DNA of 64,000 bases, taken from assembly GCA_965656195.1 (NCBI GenBank), contig CBFHJL010000001.1:11715-75714 (forward strand). Reading direction: 5' to 3'. The DNA comes from Brumimicrobium sp. (GTDB taxonomy: Bacteria; Bacteroidota; Bacteroidia; Flavobacteriales_D; Crocinitomicaceae). Below the pieces are notes generated by a model, which saw only the letters and a program-made list of their open reading frames with translations, was not told the origin of the DNA and did not search any database. Both the position numbers and the translations under genes were made by a program. Below are positions 28,580 to 37,855 of the stretch, piece by piece; the first letter of the stretch is position 1, and the number at the start of each line of letters is the position of its first letter.

Positions 28580-30475
28580 ATGGAAGAGAAAATAAAGCAG
28601 TTATTGCTAAATAATGCACAAGAAATCTTCGGAGAAGATATTAATGAAGGTCTTGTGCAATTTCAAAAAACTAGAAAGGACGTTAACGGAGATATGACAC
28701 TCGTAACTTTTCCTTTCGTTAAGATGTTGAAGACTTCACCTGAAAAGGCGGGAGAAAAAATTGGGGAATACCTAAAAGAACATGTCTTAGAAATAGAAGA
28801 TTTTGATGTCGTAAAGGGCTTTTTAAATCTAGTTTTGACTGACCGCTATTGGATGGATGTTTTGGATTCAATTCATGAAGACCAAGAGTTTGGGTATGCA
28901 AAAGAGATGTCAGGAAAAACCTCCATGGTAGAATATTCATCTCCGAATACAAACAAGCCTTTACATCTTGGTCACCTAAGAAATAACTTCTTAGGTTACA
29001 GTGTTGCTGAGATTTTAAAAGCAAATGGTGACGCCGTAATCAAAACACAGATAATTAATGATCGTGGAATTCATATCTGTAAGAGTATGGTGGCATGGCA
29101 GCAATATGCTCCAGTTGATGAAAGTGGGAATCGCGAAACGCCAAAGACTACCAAGATAAAAGGAGATCATTTTGTAGGGAAATATTACATAGAGTTCGAC
29201 AAACAAGTAACGAAGCAAGGCTATGAGCTAGCGCTTTACTGGAAGGAGAATTACTATGAAGCGTGTGGGCAAGAGATCGGAGAAAAGCTTGAAGGATTAT
29301 TCAATGCATACGACGCAGCAGAAGATGAAAAAAGTAAGACTAAGATATACAGGAAAATTGCTGGTTTAGCAGCGGATAAGACTGAACTCACTCAAGCAGC
29401 GAAGGATATGTTGGTGAAGTGGGAAGCTCGTGATCCAGAGACTTATTTATTGTGGAATACAATGAACGGTTGGGTATATGAAGGCTTTGATAAGACCTAT
29501 GAGAGAATGGGTGTGGATTTCGATAAGCTGTATTACGAGTCAGATACTTTTTTGATCGGAAAAGATATTGTTGAAGAAGGTCTGAAAAAAGAGGTCTTTT
29601 ACAAAAAAGATGATGGCTCAGTATGGGTTGATCTGACAGAAGATGGTCTAGATGAGAAGTTGGTGTTGCGTGCAGATGGAACTGCTGTTTACATGACTCA
29701 AGATATCGGTACAGCTATCGATAGATTTAAAGATTATCCGTCGCTCGATCGAATTATATATACCGTTGGTAATGAACAAGATTATCATTTTCAAGTGCTG
29801 TTCTTGATTCTTAAAAAGTTAGGGTATGACTGGGCTAAGCAATGTTATCATTTGTCTTATGGGATGGTTGATCTACCAGATGGAAAGATGAAATCTCGTG
29901 AGGGAAGAGTCGTAGATGCCGATGACTTAATGGAAGAGGTCGTTAAAATGGCAAAGGAGAGTACGCAAGAACGTGGGCATCTCGAGGGAATGGAAGATCA
30001 ACAGAGAGAAGAGCTTTATGAAATGATTGGTTTAGGTGGGTTGAAATATTATCTGCTTAAAGTCGATCCGCATAAGCGAATGAAATTCAATCCTGATGAA
30101 TCGATAGAATTAAATGGAAACACAGGGCCATTTATACAATATGCGCATGCAAGAATTCAATCTTTATTGAGTAAAGTGAGTGTGAATAATGATGTTGAAG
30201 TGAATATCAACGCCCCTGAAAAAGAGATTATCAAACTATTGGCTGAATATCCAATGATCATTAAGGAGGCAGGGATCAACTATAGTCCAGCTTTAATTGC
30301 AAATTACATATTTGATTTAGTGAAATCATTTAATTCATTTTATCAATCGTATAGCGTGATGAATGAAACAGATGAGTCTTTGAAGAACGCACGTATTATT
30401 ATCAGTGAAAACGTGGGGAAGGTGATTAATTCCTCAATGCGTTTGTTAGGTATTAATGTTCCAAATAGAATGTAG
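28580..30475 (+). CDS. argS: Arginine--tRNA ligase
   Basis: SSPNTNKPLHLGHLRN, GKMKSREG, GNTGPFIQYAHAR. Confidence 0.97.
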   Translation: MEEKIKQLLLNNAQEIFGEDINEGLVQFQKTRKDVNGDMTLVTFPFVKMLKTSPEKAGEKIGEYLKEHVLEIEDFDVVKGFLNLVLTDRYWMDVLDSIHEDQEFGYAKEMSGKTSMVEYSSPNTNKPLHLGHLRNNFLGYSVAEILKANGDAVIKTQIINDRGIHICKSMVAWQQYAPVDESGNRETPKTTKIKGDHFVGKYYIEFDKQVTKQGYELALYWKENYYEACGQEIGEKLEGLFNAYDAAEDEKSKTKIYRKIAGLAADKTELTQAAKDMLVKWEARDPETYLLWNTMNGWVYEGFDKTYERMGVDFDKLYYESDTFLIGKDIVEEGLKKEVFYKKDDGSVWVDLTEDGLDEKLVLRADGTAVYMTQDIGTAIDRFKDYPSLDRIIYTVGNEQDYHFQVLFLILKKLGYDWAKQCYHLSYGMVDLPDGKMKSREGRVVDADDLMEEVVKMAKESTQERGHLEGMEDQQREELYEMIGLGGLKYYLLKVDPHKRMKFNPDESIELNGNTGPFIQYAHARIQSLLSKVSVNNDVEVNINAPEKEIIKLLAEYPMIIKEAGINYSPALIANYIFDLVKSFNSFYQSYSVMNETDESLKNARIIISENVGKVINSSMRLLGINVPNRM

Positions 30476-30480
30476 AAACG

Positions 30481-31635
30481 ATGAATATTATTCTCCACGA
30501 TCTAGACAATCATTTAAGTTTTGCTCCAATGACGCTCACGAGACCTGTAGGCAATCTACGAATGGGCCTCTGGACAAATGATGAAAGATGGTTAAACTAT
30601 ATCAAAGATGCTAGCGTATCGTATGCGACAGAGGATTATCTTCAAGATAAATTTCCATGTCACAAAACGGGAGATAATTTTTGGGTCAATGCATCCATCA
30701 TTCCTGATGAAGAGATAGCAAAAGCGGTCAAAGAGTTGCAAATTAATCAGGCTTTATTTATCAATGGAGTTTTTGTAGCCTTACATTCAGAAGAATTCAA
30801 TCCTGATAATGCATATAGAGTAGATCTAGATAAGGAGGATTTAATCCATATTGAGAAACGCTGGCATATTTACCAGAAGAACAAAGAGGCAATTTGTAAA
30901 GATTTCGAATCAGTTAAGTCAGGAAGAGAAGGGTTCGATTGTAGTGAGACCAATACAATTATTGGACCTAGAGAGAATTTATTCATTGATGAAGGTGCAA
31001 GTGTGGAAGGTGCAATAATTAATGTGTCAACGGGTCCTGTTTATATTGGTAAACATGCAGAAGTTATGGAAGGAAGCGTTATTCGTGGACCTTTTGCAAT
31101 GGCTAACAATTCTGTACTGAAACTTTCTACAAAAGTATATGGTCCAACTTCAATTGGCACGTATTGTAAAGTTGGTGGTGAAGTAAATAATGTTGTTTTT
31201 CAAGCGTATTCGAATAAAGGTCACGATGGTTTTTTAGGAAACTCAGTAGTAGGCGAATGGTGCAACCTAGGTGCTGATACGAACAGTTCAAACTTAAAAA
31301 ACAATTACGGGAATGTTAAAACGTATAATTTCGAAACAGAAGCTATAGAACAGACTGATGTTCAATTTATGGGCTTGTTCATGGGGGATCATTCGAAAAC
31401 AGGTATTAATACAATGTTGAATACCGCCACAGTAATTGGAGTTTCTAGTACAATATTTTCTTCTGGCTTTCCTCCTAAATATATTCCTCATTTTTCTTGG
31501 GGAGGTCAAGTAGGTGATCCCGTTTATTCTTTTGACAGAGCCATTGAGGCAGCAAATAACATGATGAACAGAAGAGGAAAGGAGGTGACCCCTGCAGATC
31601 GAAAGATTTTCGAAAAACTGTTCCCTGAAGTTTAG
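30481..31635 (+). CDS. Bacteroidota GlmU-like sugar nucleotidyltransferase/acetyltransferase
   Basis: PMTLTRPVGNLRMG, hexapeptide repeats, NKGHDGFLGNS, WCNLGADTN. Confidence 0.85.
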   Translation: MNIILHDLDNHLSFAPMTLTRPVGNLRMGLWTNDERWLNYIKDASVSYATEDYLQDKFPCHKTGDNFWVNASIIPDEEIAKAVKELQINQALFINGVFVALHSEEFNPDNAYRVDLDKEDLIHIEKRWHIYQKNKEAICKDFESVKSGREGFDCSETNTIIGPRENLFIDEGASVEGAIINVSTGPVYIGKHAEVMEGSVIRGPFAMANNSVLKLSTKVYGPTSIGTYCKVGGEVNNVVFQAYSNKGHDGFLGNSVVGEWCNLGADTNSSNLKNNYGNVKTYNFETEAIEQTDVQFMGLFMGDHSKTGINTMLNTATVIGVSSTIFSSGFPPKYIPHFSWGGQVGDPVYSFDRAIEAANNMMNRRGKEVTPADRKIFEKLFPEV

Positions 31636-31686
31636 GCTTATTAAGTTGTAGTATTAAAATCAGACAATTTTTCCGATGAATTGATA

Positions 31687-31701
31687 TGGCACGCCAATTG
31701 T
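31687..31701 (+). promoter_or_regulatory. Possible sigma-54 -24/-12 element TGGCACGCCAATTGT upstream of lon
   Basis: TGGCAC-N5-TTG spacing; no canonical TAnnTTTG box seen in this intergenic region. Confidence 0.45.
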
Positions 31702-31797
31702 CATTTATTCAATGTGCATGAAACGAATATGGTTTTGTGCTGTTATAGCATTAAGAAATACGTAGAACTGACAGTTTGACGCAAAAGCGCAATAGAT

Positions 31798-34251
31798 ATG
31801 AATGACATTTTTGACGATAGTTTATTTGAATTGAACGGAGAGATGGGAGGTGAGCCAGACTCAGAATTTATACCATTGATTACACAAGAGGAGGAAGATA
31901 AGATGCAGAACGCAGATTATCCTTCAGATGTTCCGATCTTACCTCTTAGAAATAATGTTCTTTTTCCAGGAGTTGTAATCCCTATCACTGTTGGACGTGA
32001 TAAGTCGATTAAGTTAGTACAACATGCGAATGATAAAGATAAAATCATAGGTGTTGTATCACAAAAGGATCAAGAAATAGAAGAGCCTGAATTTAAAGAT
32101 CTTCACAGCGTGGGTACAATAGCTCAAATTGTAAGGATGCTTAAAATGCCTGATGGCAGTACAACTGTTATTATTCAGGGTAAACGTCGTTTCCAATTGA
32201 AAGAAATGACACAGGAGGAGCCTTTCTTAAGAGCTACAATAGAATTGTGTAAGGAAGAGAAGGCGCCGAAGAGGAGTAAAGAGTTTACAGCGATTATTCA
32301 ATCAATGAAAGAGTTATCCTTGAAAATTATCAAGGATTCTCCAAGCATCCCTACTGAAGCTCAATTTGCCATAAAGAATATTGAAAGTTCTTCGTTTTTG
32401 ATCAATTTCATTTCTTCGAATATGAATGCAAATGTTGCGAAAAAGCAAGAGATGCTTGAGGAGATGGAGCTGAAGAAAAGAGCAATGAACGTTCTAGAGC
32501 ATTTAACACTCGAAGCTCAACAGTTAGAAATGCGCAACGAGATCCAAGGCCGCGTTAAGACAGATATTGATAAGCAGCAGCGAGAGTATTTCTTGCATCA
32601 GCAGATGAAAACTATTCAAGAAGAATTGGGTGGTAGTCCTCAAGAGCAGGATGTTAAGGATATGCGAGAGCGTACTAAAAAGAAGAAGTGGAGTAAGGAT
32701 GTTGAAAAACTCTTTACAAAGGAACTGACTCGTCTAGAAAGAATGAATCCTCAAGGAGCAGAGTATACGGTTCAACTCAATTATCTTGATCTTTTGCTGG
32801 AACTCCCTTGGAATGAGTTTTCTAAAGATAATCTAGACCTGAAAAGAGCTGAGAAAGTTCTAGAACGAGACCATTACGGGTTAGAAAAGGTTAAGAAAAG
32901 AATTCTGGAGTATTTAGCAGTGTTAAAGCTAAAGAAGGATATGAAATCTCCGATATTATGTTTTTATGGACCTCCGGGAGTTGGTAAAACATCTTTGGGT
33001 AAGTCTATCGCTGAAGCTCTAGGTAGAGAATATATCAGAATGTCTTTAGGTGGTGTGCATGATGAAAGTGAGATCCGTGGTCACCGTAAAACGTATATCG
33101 GGGCAATGCCTGGCAGAATTATACAGAATCTGAAAAAAGCGGGATCTTCTAATCCTGTATTTGTTTTGGATGAAGTAGATAAGCTAGGAAGATCAAACCA
33201 TGGAGATCCATCAAGTGCTCTTTTAGAAGTTTTAGACCCAGCTCAAAATGATGAATTTTACGATAATTATATCGAAACAGAGTATGATTTGTCTAAAGTA
33301 CTATTTATTGCAACAGCTAATGATCTGTCCACGATTCAGGGGCCGCTAAGAGATCGTATGGAGATTATCGAGGTGAATGGATATACTGTTGAAGAAAAGG
33401 TTGAAATTGCTAAGCGACACTTGCTTCCTGATCAAATTAAGAATCATGGGATCAAAAAATCAGATATCTCAATCGGTAAACCTGTACTTGAAAAACTAAT
33501 CGAGGAATATACACATGAATCCGGAGTTCGTGGATTGAATAAAATGGTTGCGAAACTGGTACGAAATAGAGCTCGTCAAATTGCTATGGAGCAAGATTTT
33601 GAGAAAAAGATTATTAAAGAAGAATTAAAAGAAATTATAGGCCCGGGACGCTCCAAAACGAAATATTCCAACAACGAGGTTGCTGGATTGGTCACCGGTT
33701 TAGCGTGGACTTCAATGGGAGGAGATATATTGTTTATTGAGTCTTCTCTAGCGAAAGGAAAGGGTAAATTGACCTTAACGGGTAATCTTGGAGATGTGAT
33801 GAAGGAGTCTGCAACGATCGCTCTGCAGTTTTTGAAGGCAAATTCTGATTGGTTGGATCTCGATCAAAATGTATTTAATAAGTACGATGTACATATGCAT
33901 GTTCCAGAAGGAGCAACTCCAAAAGATGGACCTTCTGCAGGTATTACAATGCTTACATCACTGGCATCTCTTTTTACGCAGCGCAAAGTGAAGAAATATC
34001 TCGCTATGACAGGAGAGATTACGCTAAGAGGAGAGGTTCTTCCTGTTGGAGGAATAAAAGAAAAGATTTTGGCGGCTAAAAGAGCAGATATTAAGGAAAT
34101 CATACTCTGCGAAAAGAATAAACAAGACATCGAGGAGATTAAAGAAGATTATTTGAAAGGACTGAAGTTCCATTACGTATCTCAAATGAGAGAAGTTTTA
34201 GATATAGCACTGACTAAACAGCGTGTAAAGGAACCAAAGGAAATCAATTAA
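31798..34251 (+). CDS. lon: ATP-dependent protease La
   Basis: GPPGVGKTS, PKDGPSAG catalytic Ser, GGIKEK Lys. Confidence 0.98.
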   Translation: MNDIFDDSLFELNGEMGGEPDSEFIPLITQEEEDKMQNADYPSDVPILPLRNNVLFPGVVIPITVGRDKSIKLVQHANDKDKIIGVVSQKDQEIEEPEFKDLHSVGTIAQIVRMLKMPDGSTTVIIQGKRRFQLKEMTQEEPFLRATIELCKEEKAPKRSKEFTAIIQSMKELSLKIIKDSPSIPTEAQFAIKNIESSSFLINFISSNMNANVAKKQEMLEEMELKKRAMNVLEHLTLEAQQLEMRNEIQGRVKTDIDKQQREYFLHQQMKTIQEELGGSPQEQDVKDMRERTKKKKWSKDVEKLFTKELTRLERMNPQGAEYTVQLNYLDLLLELPWNEFSKDNLDLKRAEKVLERDHYGLEKVKKRILEYLAVLKLKKDMKSPILCFYGPPGVGKTSLGKSIAEALGREYIRMSLGGVHDESEIRGHRKTYIGAMPGRIIQNLKKAGSSNPVFVLDEVDKLGRSNHGDPSSALLEVLDPAQNDEFYDNYIETEYDLSKVLFIATANDLSTIQGPLRDRMEIIEVNGYTVEEKVEIAKRHLLPDQIKNHGIKKSDISIGKPVLEKLIEEYTHESGVRGLNKMVAKLVRNRARQIAMEQDFEKKIIKEELKEIIGPGRSKTKYSNNEVAGLVTGLAWTSMGGDILFIESSLAKGKGKLTLTGNLGDVMKESATIALQFLKANSDWLDLDQNVFNKYDVHMHVPEGATPKDGPSAGITMLTSLASLFTQRKVKKYLAMTGEITLRGEVLPVGGIKEKILAAKRADIKEIILCEKNKQDIEEIKEDYLKGLKFHYVSQMREVLDIALTKQRVKEPKEIN

Positions 34252-34272
34252 GCGATGAGTTGACTTTAGAAT

Positions 34273-34299
34273 AGGGCGGAATATTTTCGCCCTTTTTTT
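34273..34299 (+). terminator. Intrinsic terminator after lon
   Basis: AGGGCGGA-ATATT-TTCGCCCT then a T run. Confidence 0.8.
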
Positions 34300-34348
34300 A
34301 TTCTTCCGACTAAACTTTAATACCTAATTTTGCATTGATTGATCAATT

Positions 34349-35575
34349 ATGAAATTCAAAGATTATAAGATTGCTAAATGCATAAAGTCATCTGTTGATA
34401 AGCTTGGCTGGAAGCGTCCTACGGATATACAGTTCAAAGCAATACAGCCCATCTTAAACGGTGAAGATGTATTAGCGATAGCACAGACGGGAACAGGTAA
34501 AACAGCAAGTTTTGTAATACCTACACTGAATGCAATTTATAGTGAATTGTCTACGGGTGCAGATCATTATACTAAATGTTTAGTGATGGTTCCAACGAGA
34601 GAGTTGGCTGTTCAGATCGCAGAGGTATTTGAAAAAGTAGGAACTGAAACGGGTGCGAGAATCCAGGCAATTATTGGTGGAGTAGAACAAGACGCTCAGA
34701 TCAATGCCTTGAAAGAAGGTGTTGACGTTGTTATTTCAACACCAGGGAGGTTATTCGACCTATGTTCTCAAGGTTATTTAAAATTAGATCGTCTAAATAC
34801 TTTAGTATTAGATGAGGCTGATCATATGTTGGACCTTGGATTTATTAAGGATATTCGCGACTTAATGCGACACGTTCCTCAAAAGAGACAAACATTGTTT
34901 TTCTCCGCAACCATCGATAAGAATATTAAGAAAGTCGCATATGACTTAGTAAGAAATGCGATCAGGATACAAATCTCTCCAAAGAATCCTGTTTCAAAGA
35001 ATATCTTTCATACTGTTGTGGATGTAGAAATGGATGATAAGCGATTCTTTCTTGAAAATGTAGTTAAGGAAAATGAGGATAAGAAAATCTTAGTTTTTGT
35101 GCGCACCCAAGTAAGAGCTGAAAGAGTAGTGAAAGCAATGGAGAGGGCAGGGATCGAGTCAGATACGATTCATGGAGGTGTTGAGCAAGATAAACGCTTT
35201 GAGCTCTTCGAAGCATTTAAGTCAGGAGAGCTTCAATTATTGATCACTACTGATGTTGCTGCAAGAGGAATTGATATTCCAGGTGTTCATGCCGTAATCA
35301 ATTATGACCTTCCAGAACAGCCGGAGAACTATGTACACAGAGTGGGTAGAACAGGAAGAGGAAAAGAGAAGGGTTGGGCGATCGCATTCTGCAGTGAACA
35401 CGAAAAACCATTTTTAGAAGCAATAGAATCCTACACAGGACATCCAATTGAAAAATACGAATTAGATAAACGAGATTACTCTGCTATTATCGAAGATGCC
35501 GATGATGGTACAGATGATTGGAGGTCTCTAATGGAGGAAGAGGAAAAGCGATCAGAAAATAGAAATGAATGGTAG
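34349..35575 (+). CDS. DEAD-box RNA helicase (RhlE-like) with acidic tail
   Basis: AQTGTGKT, DEAD, SAT, ARGID, HRVGRTGR; -7 box TAATTTTG at 34325-34332. Confidence 0.93.
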   Translation: MKFKDYKIAKCIKSSVDKLGWKRPTDIQFKAIQPILNGEDVLAIAQTGTGKTASFVIPTLNAIYSELSTGADHYTKCLVMVPTRELAVQIAEVFEKVGTETGARIQAIIGGVEQDAQINALKEGVDVVISTPGRLFDLCSQGYLKLDRLNTLVLDEADHMLDLGFIKDIRDLMRHVPQKRQTLFFSATIDKNIKKVAYDLVRNAIRIQISPKNPVSKNIFHTVVDVEMDDKRFFLENVVKENEDKKILVFVRTQVRAERVVKAMERAGIESDTIHGGVEQDKRFELFEAFKSGELQLLITTDVAARGIDIPGVHAVINYDLPEQPENYVHRVGRTGRGKEKGWAIAFCSEHEKPFLEAIESYTGHPIEKYELDKRDYSAIIEDADDGTDDWRSLMEEEEKRSENRNEW

Positions 35576-35634
35576 TGAACGAGAGAAGTCTACTGTTCTA
35601 CCGTTAATATTTCTATTTTCTCTCATTTAAGCAT

Positions 35635-35642
35635 TACATTTG
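35635..35642 (+). promoter_or_regulatory. -7 promoter box TACATTTG, 4 nt upstream of the rimO ATG
   Basis: Consensus match. Confidence 0.6.
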
Positions 35643-35646
35643 CAGC

Positions 35647-36960
35647 ATGAAAACGAAAACGCTCAAGAAGAACAAGGTTAATGTAGTAACATTGGGATGT
35701 TCAAAGAATCTTTTTGATTCAGAAGTGATGATGGCGCAGCTAAAAGCGAATAAGTTTGAAGTTGAGCACGAGGCGAAACAAGATGATTCTGAAATAGTAA
35801 TCATAAATACTTGTGGTTTCATTGATAATGCAAAGCAAGAATCTATCGATACGATTTTGCGCTATGCAGAAGCCAAAAAAGAAGGGCAGGTTGAGAAAGT
35901 TTACGTTTCTGGATGTTTGTCAGAGCGTTATAAGTCAGAGTTAGAAACTGAAATTCCCGAAGTCGATGCTTATTTTGGAACGCGTGATCTTCCTCGCTTA
36001 TTAAAAACATTAAAGGCAGACTACAAACATGAATTGGTGGGTGAGCGTTTATTGACGACTCCTTCGCATTATGCATATTTTAAGATTGCAGAGGGGTGTG
36101 ATAGACCATGTTCATTCTGCGCAATTCCCTTGATGAGAGGAGGTCATAGATCAACACCGATAGAAGACTTGGTGAAACAAGCTGAGAGTTTGGCTGCCCA
36201 AGGAGTAAAGGAGCTTATGCTTATTGCTCAAGATCTTACTTATTATGGTTTAGACCTTTATAAAAAGAGAAATCTTGCAGAACTGATAGATCGTTTATCT
36301 GACGTTGAAGGAATAGAATGGATCCGTTTGCATTATGCTTTTCCTACAGGATTCCCAATGGATGTCTTGGATGTAATGAAGAACAGATCGAATGTTTGTA
36401 ATTATCTTGATATGCCTCTACAACATGGTTCAACGCGTATGTTGAAGGCCATGAGAAGAGGGACTACTAGACAGAAAACTGAGCAGTTAATTACGGATAT
36501 ACGTAACGTTGTTCCAGATATAGCGATAAGAACTACTTTGATTGCTGGTTATCCTGGAGAAACTGAAGCGGACTTCCAGGAGATGTATGACTGGGTTGAA
36601 AAAACACGGTTTGAGCGCCTCGGGATTTTTACGTATTCGCATGAAGAAAATACGCATGCTTATAATTTTGCTGACGATGTTCCAGATAAATTGAAGAAAG
36701 AGCGTGCCGATTCGATTATGGAGTTACAGTCTGGTATTAGCTATGACTTAAATCAAAAACATATCGGTCAAACCAGAAAAGTTTTATTCGATAGAATAGA
36801 AGGGGATTATTTCATAGGAAGAACAGAGTATGATTCACCTGAGGTAGATAATGAAGTCTTGGTGAAAAAATCCGATGGATACGTTCGTATAGGTGATTTT
36901 GCGAATGTTGAAATAACAAAAGCGGATCATTACGATCTATATGGTAAGTTGATTGATTGA
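35647..36960 (+). CDS. rimO: Ribosomal protein S12 methylthiotransferase
   Basis: TLGCSKN, INTCGFI, EGCDRPCSFC, DSPEVD TRAM region. Confidence 0.96.
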   Translation: MKTKTLKKNKVNVVTLGCSKNLFDSEVMMAQLKANKFEVEHEAKQDDSEIVIINTCGFIDNAKQESIDTILRYAEAKKEGQVEKVYVSGCLSERYKSELETEIPEVDAYFGTRDLPRLLKTLKADYKHELVGERLLTTPSHYAYFKIAEGCDRPCSFCAIPLMRGGHRSTPIEDLVKQAESLAAQGVKELMLIAQDLTYYGLDLYKKRNLAELIDRLSDVEGIEWIRLHYAFPTGFPMDVLDVMKNRSNVCNYLDMPLQHGSTRMLKAMRRGTTRQKTEQLITDIRNVVPDIAIRTTLIAGYPGETEADFQEMYDWVEKTRFERLGIFTYSHEENTHAYNFADDVPDKLKKERADSIMELQSGISYDLNQKHIGQTRKVLFDRIEGDYFIGRTEYDSPEVDNEVLVKKSDGYVRIGDFANVEITKADHYDLYGKLID

Positions 36961-37072
36961 TTTCAATCACACATAACGTTTCTCACAATATTATATTGCC
37001 TCTCATCATAATAGATGATTAAATAGTAATTAATTTGTTTATATTTGAACAAATAATTTAAAAAAATCTATT

Positions 37073-37804
37073 ATGAAAAAACTTTACACATTGGCGGTTG
37101 CCACTTTATTAGCTGGAGCGTCTTTTGCTCAGGTTGACGTTGAAATTGAGTTGGTTTCACCAACATCGGGATCGTCAGAAGCACCAGGAGTTATCTCTCT
37201 TGAATTTAATATTCTTAATAATGGTCCTGATGACATCGTAGAAGGAGATACTATTTATTTTGGTGCTCTTAGAGGAACTGACCTTGTTGATAGTGATGGA
37301 ACTCTTAACTCTGTTAATGGTATCATAATTCCTACAGGATTTGGTAACATCGCTTCTGGTGGTAGCATTCCTTGGGCTGCAATTTCTGCTGCAGTAGGAG
37401 GATCATTCGATGTTGATTGTTCTGGTTTGACAACTCAAACTTCTGTATGTGCCTATTTAGCTGGTATCGGTTCAGACGCGTTAACGCAAGCTGGTGATGA
37501 TGAAGATCCAGTTTTTGATAATAATACAGATTGTTTCACAGTAGATCCTGCTTTGGCTAATATAGTAGAGCTTGATTTTACTGACGCTGTTGACGTATCT
37601 TTTACTGCAACTGAAATTCAGATTTCTTCTGAATTGAATCAAGAACTGAACTACTCTGTAGTTTCAATTACTGGTCAGGTAGTTGCTTCAGGTTCATTAA
37701 CTGATTTTACAACTGTTTCTACTGAAGATTGGAACCGTGGTTTATACATCGTTCGTGTTGAAGGAGCTAATGAAGTAACTTCTACAAAAGTGATCGTTCA
37801 ATAA
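37073..37804 (+). CDS. Small acidic T9SS cargo protein (Ig/CARDB-like plus CTD)
   Basis: Signal peptide ending SFA|Q; NNGPD, D..FDNN; C-terminal WNRGLYIVRV...TKVIVQ; -7 box TATATTTG at 37040-37047. Confidence 0.75.
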   Translation: MKKLYTLAVATLLAGASFAQVDVEIELVSPTSGSSEAPGVISLEFNILNNGPDDIVEGDTIYFGALRGTDLVDSDGTLNSVNGIIIPTGFGNIASGGSIPWAAISAAVGGSFDVDCSGLTTQTSVCAYLAGIGSDALTQAGDDEDPVFDNNTDCFTVDPALANIVELDFTDAVDVSFTATEIQISSELNQELNYSVVSITGQVVASGSLTDFTTVSTEDWNRGLYIVRVEGANEVTSTKVIVQ

Positions 37805-37823
37805 GAATTGCGTCTTTATATTC

Positions 37824-37855
37824 AAAAGCGGTACTCTTGGAGTACCGCTTTTTTT
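37824..37855. terminator. Bidirectional intrinsic terminator
   Basis: Perfect stem AAAAGCGGTACTC-TTG-GAGTACCGCTTTT between convergent genes. Confidence 0.88.

Noticed and set aside
36954-37031. TGATTGA-TT-TCAATCA palindrome and a one-mismatch GATTA-N5-TAATT upstream of the small T9SS gene
   Set aside because: Single, imperfect copy without the 23-bp tandem partner, in very AT-rich DNA; likely chance.
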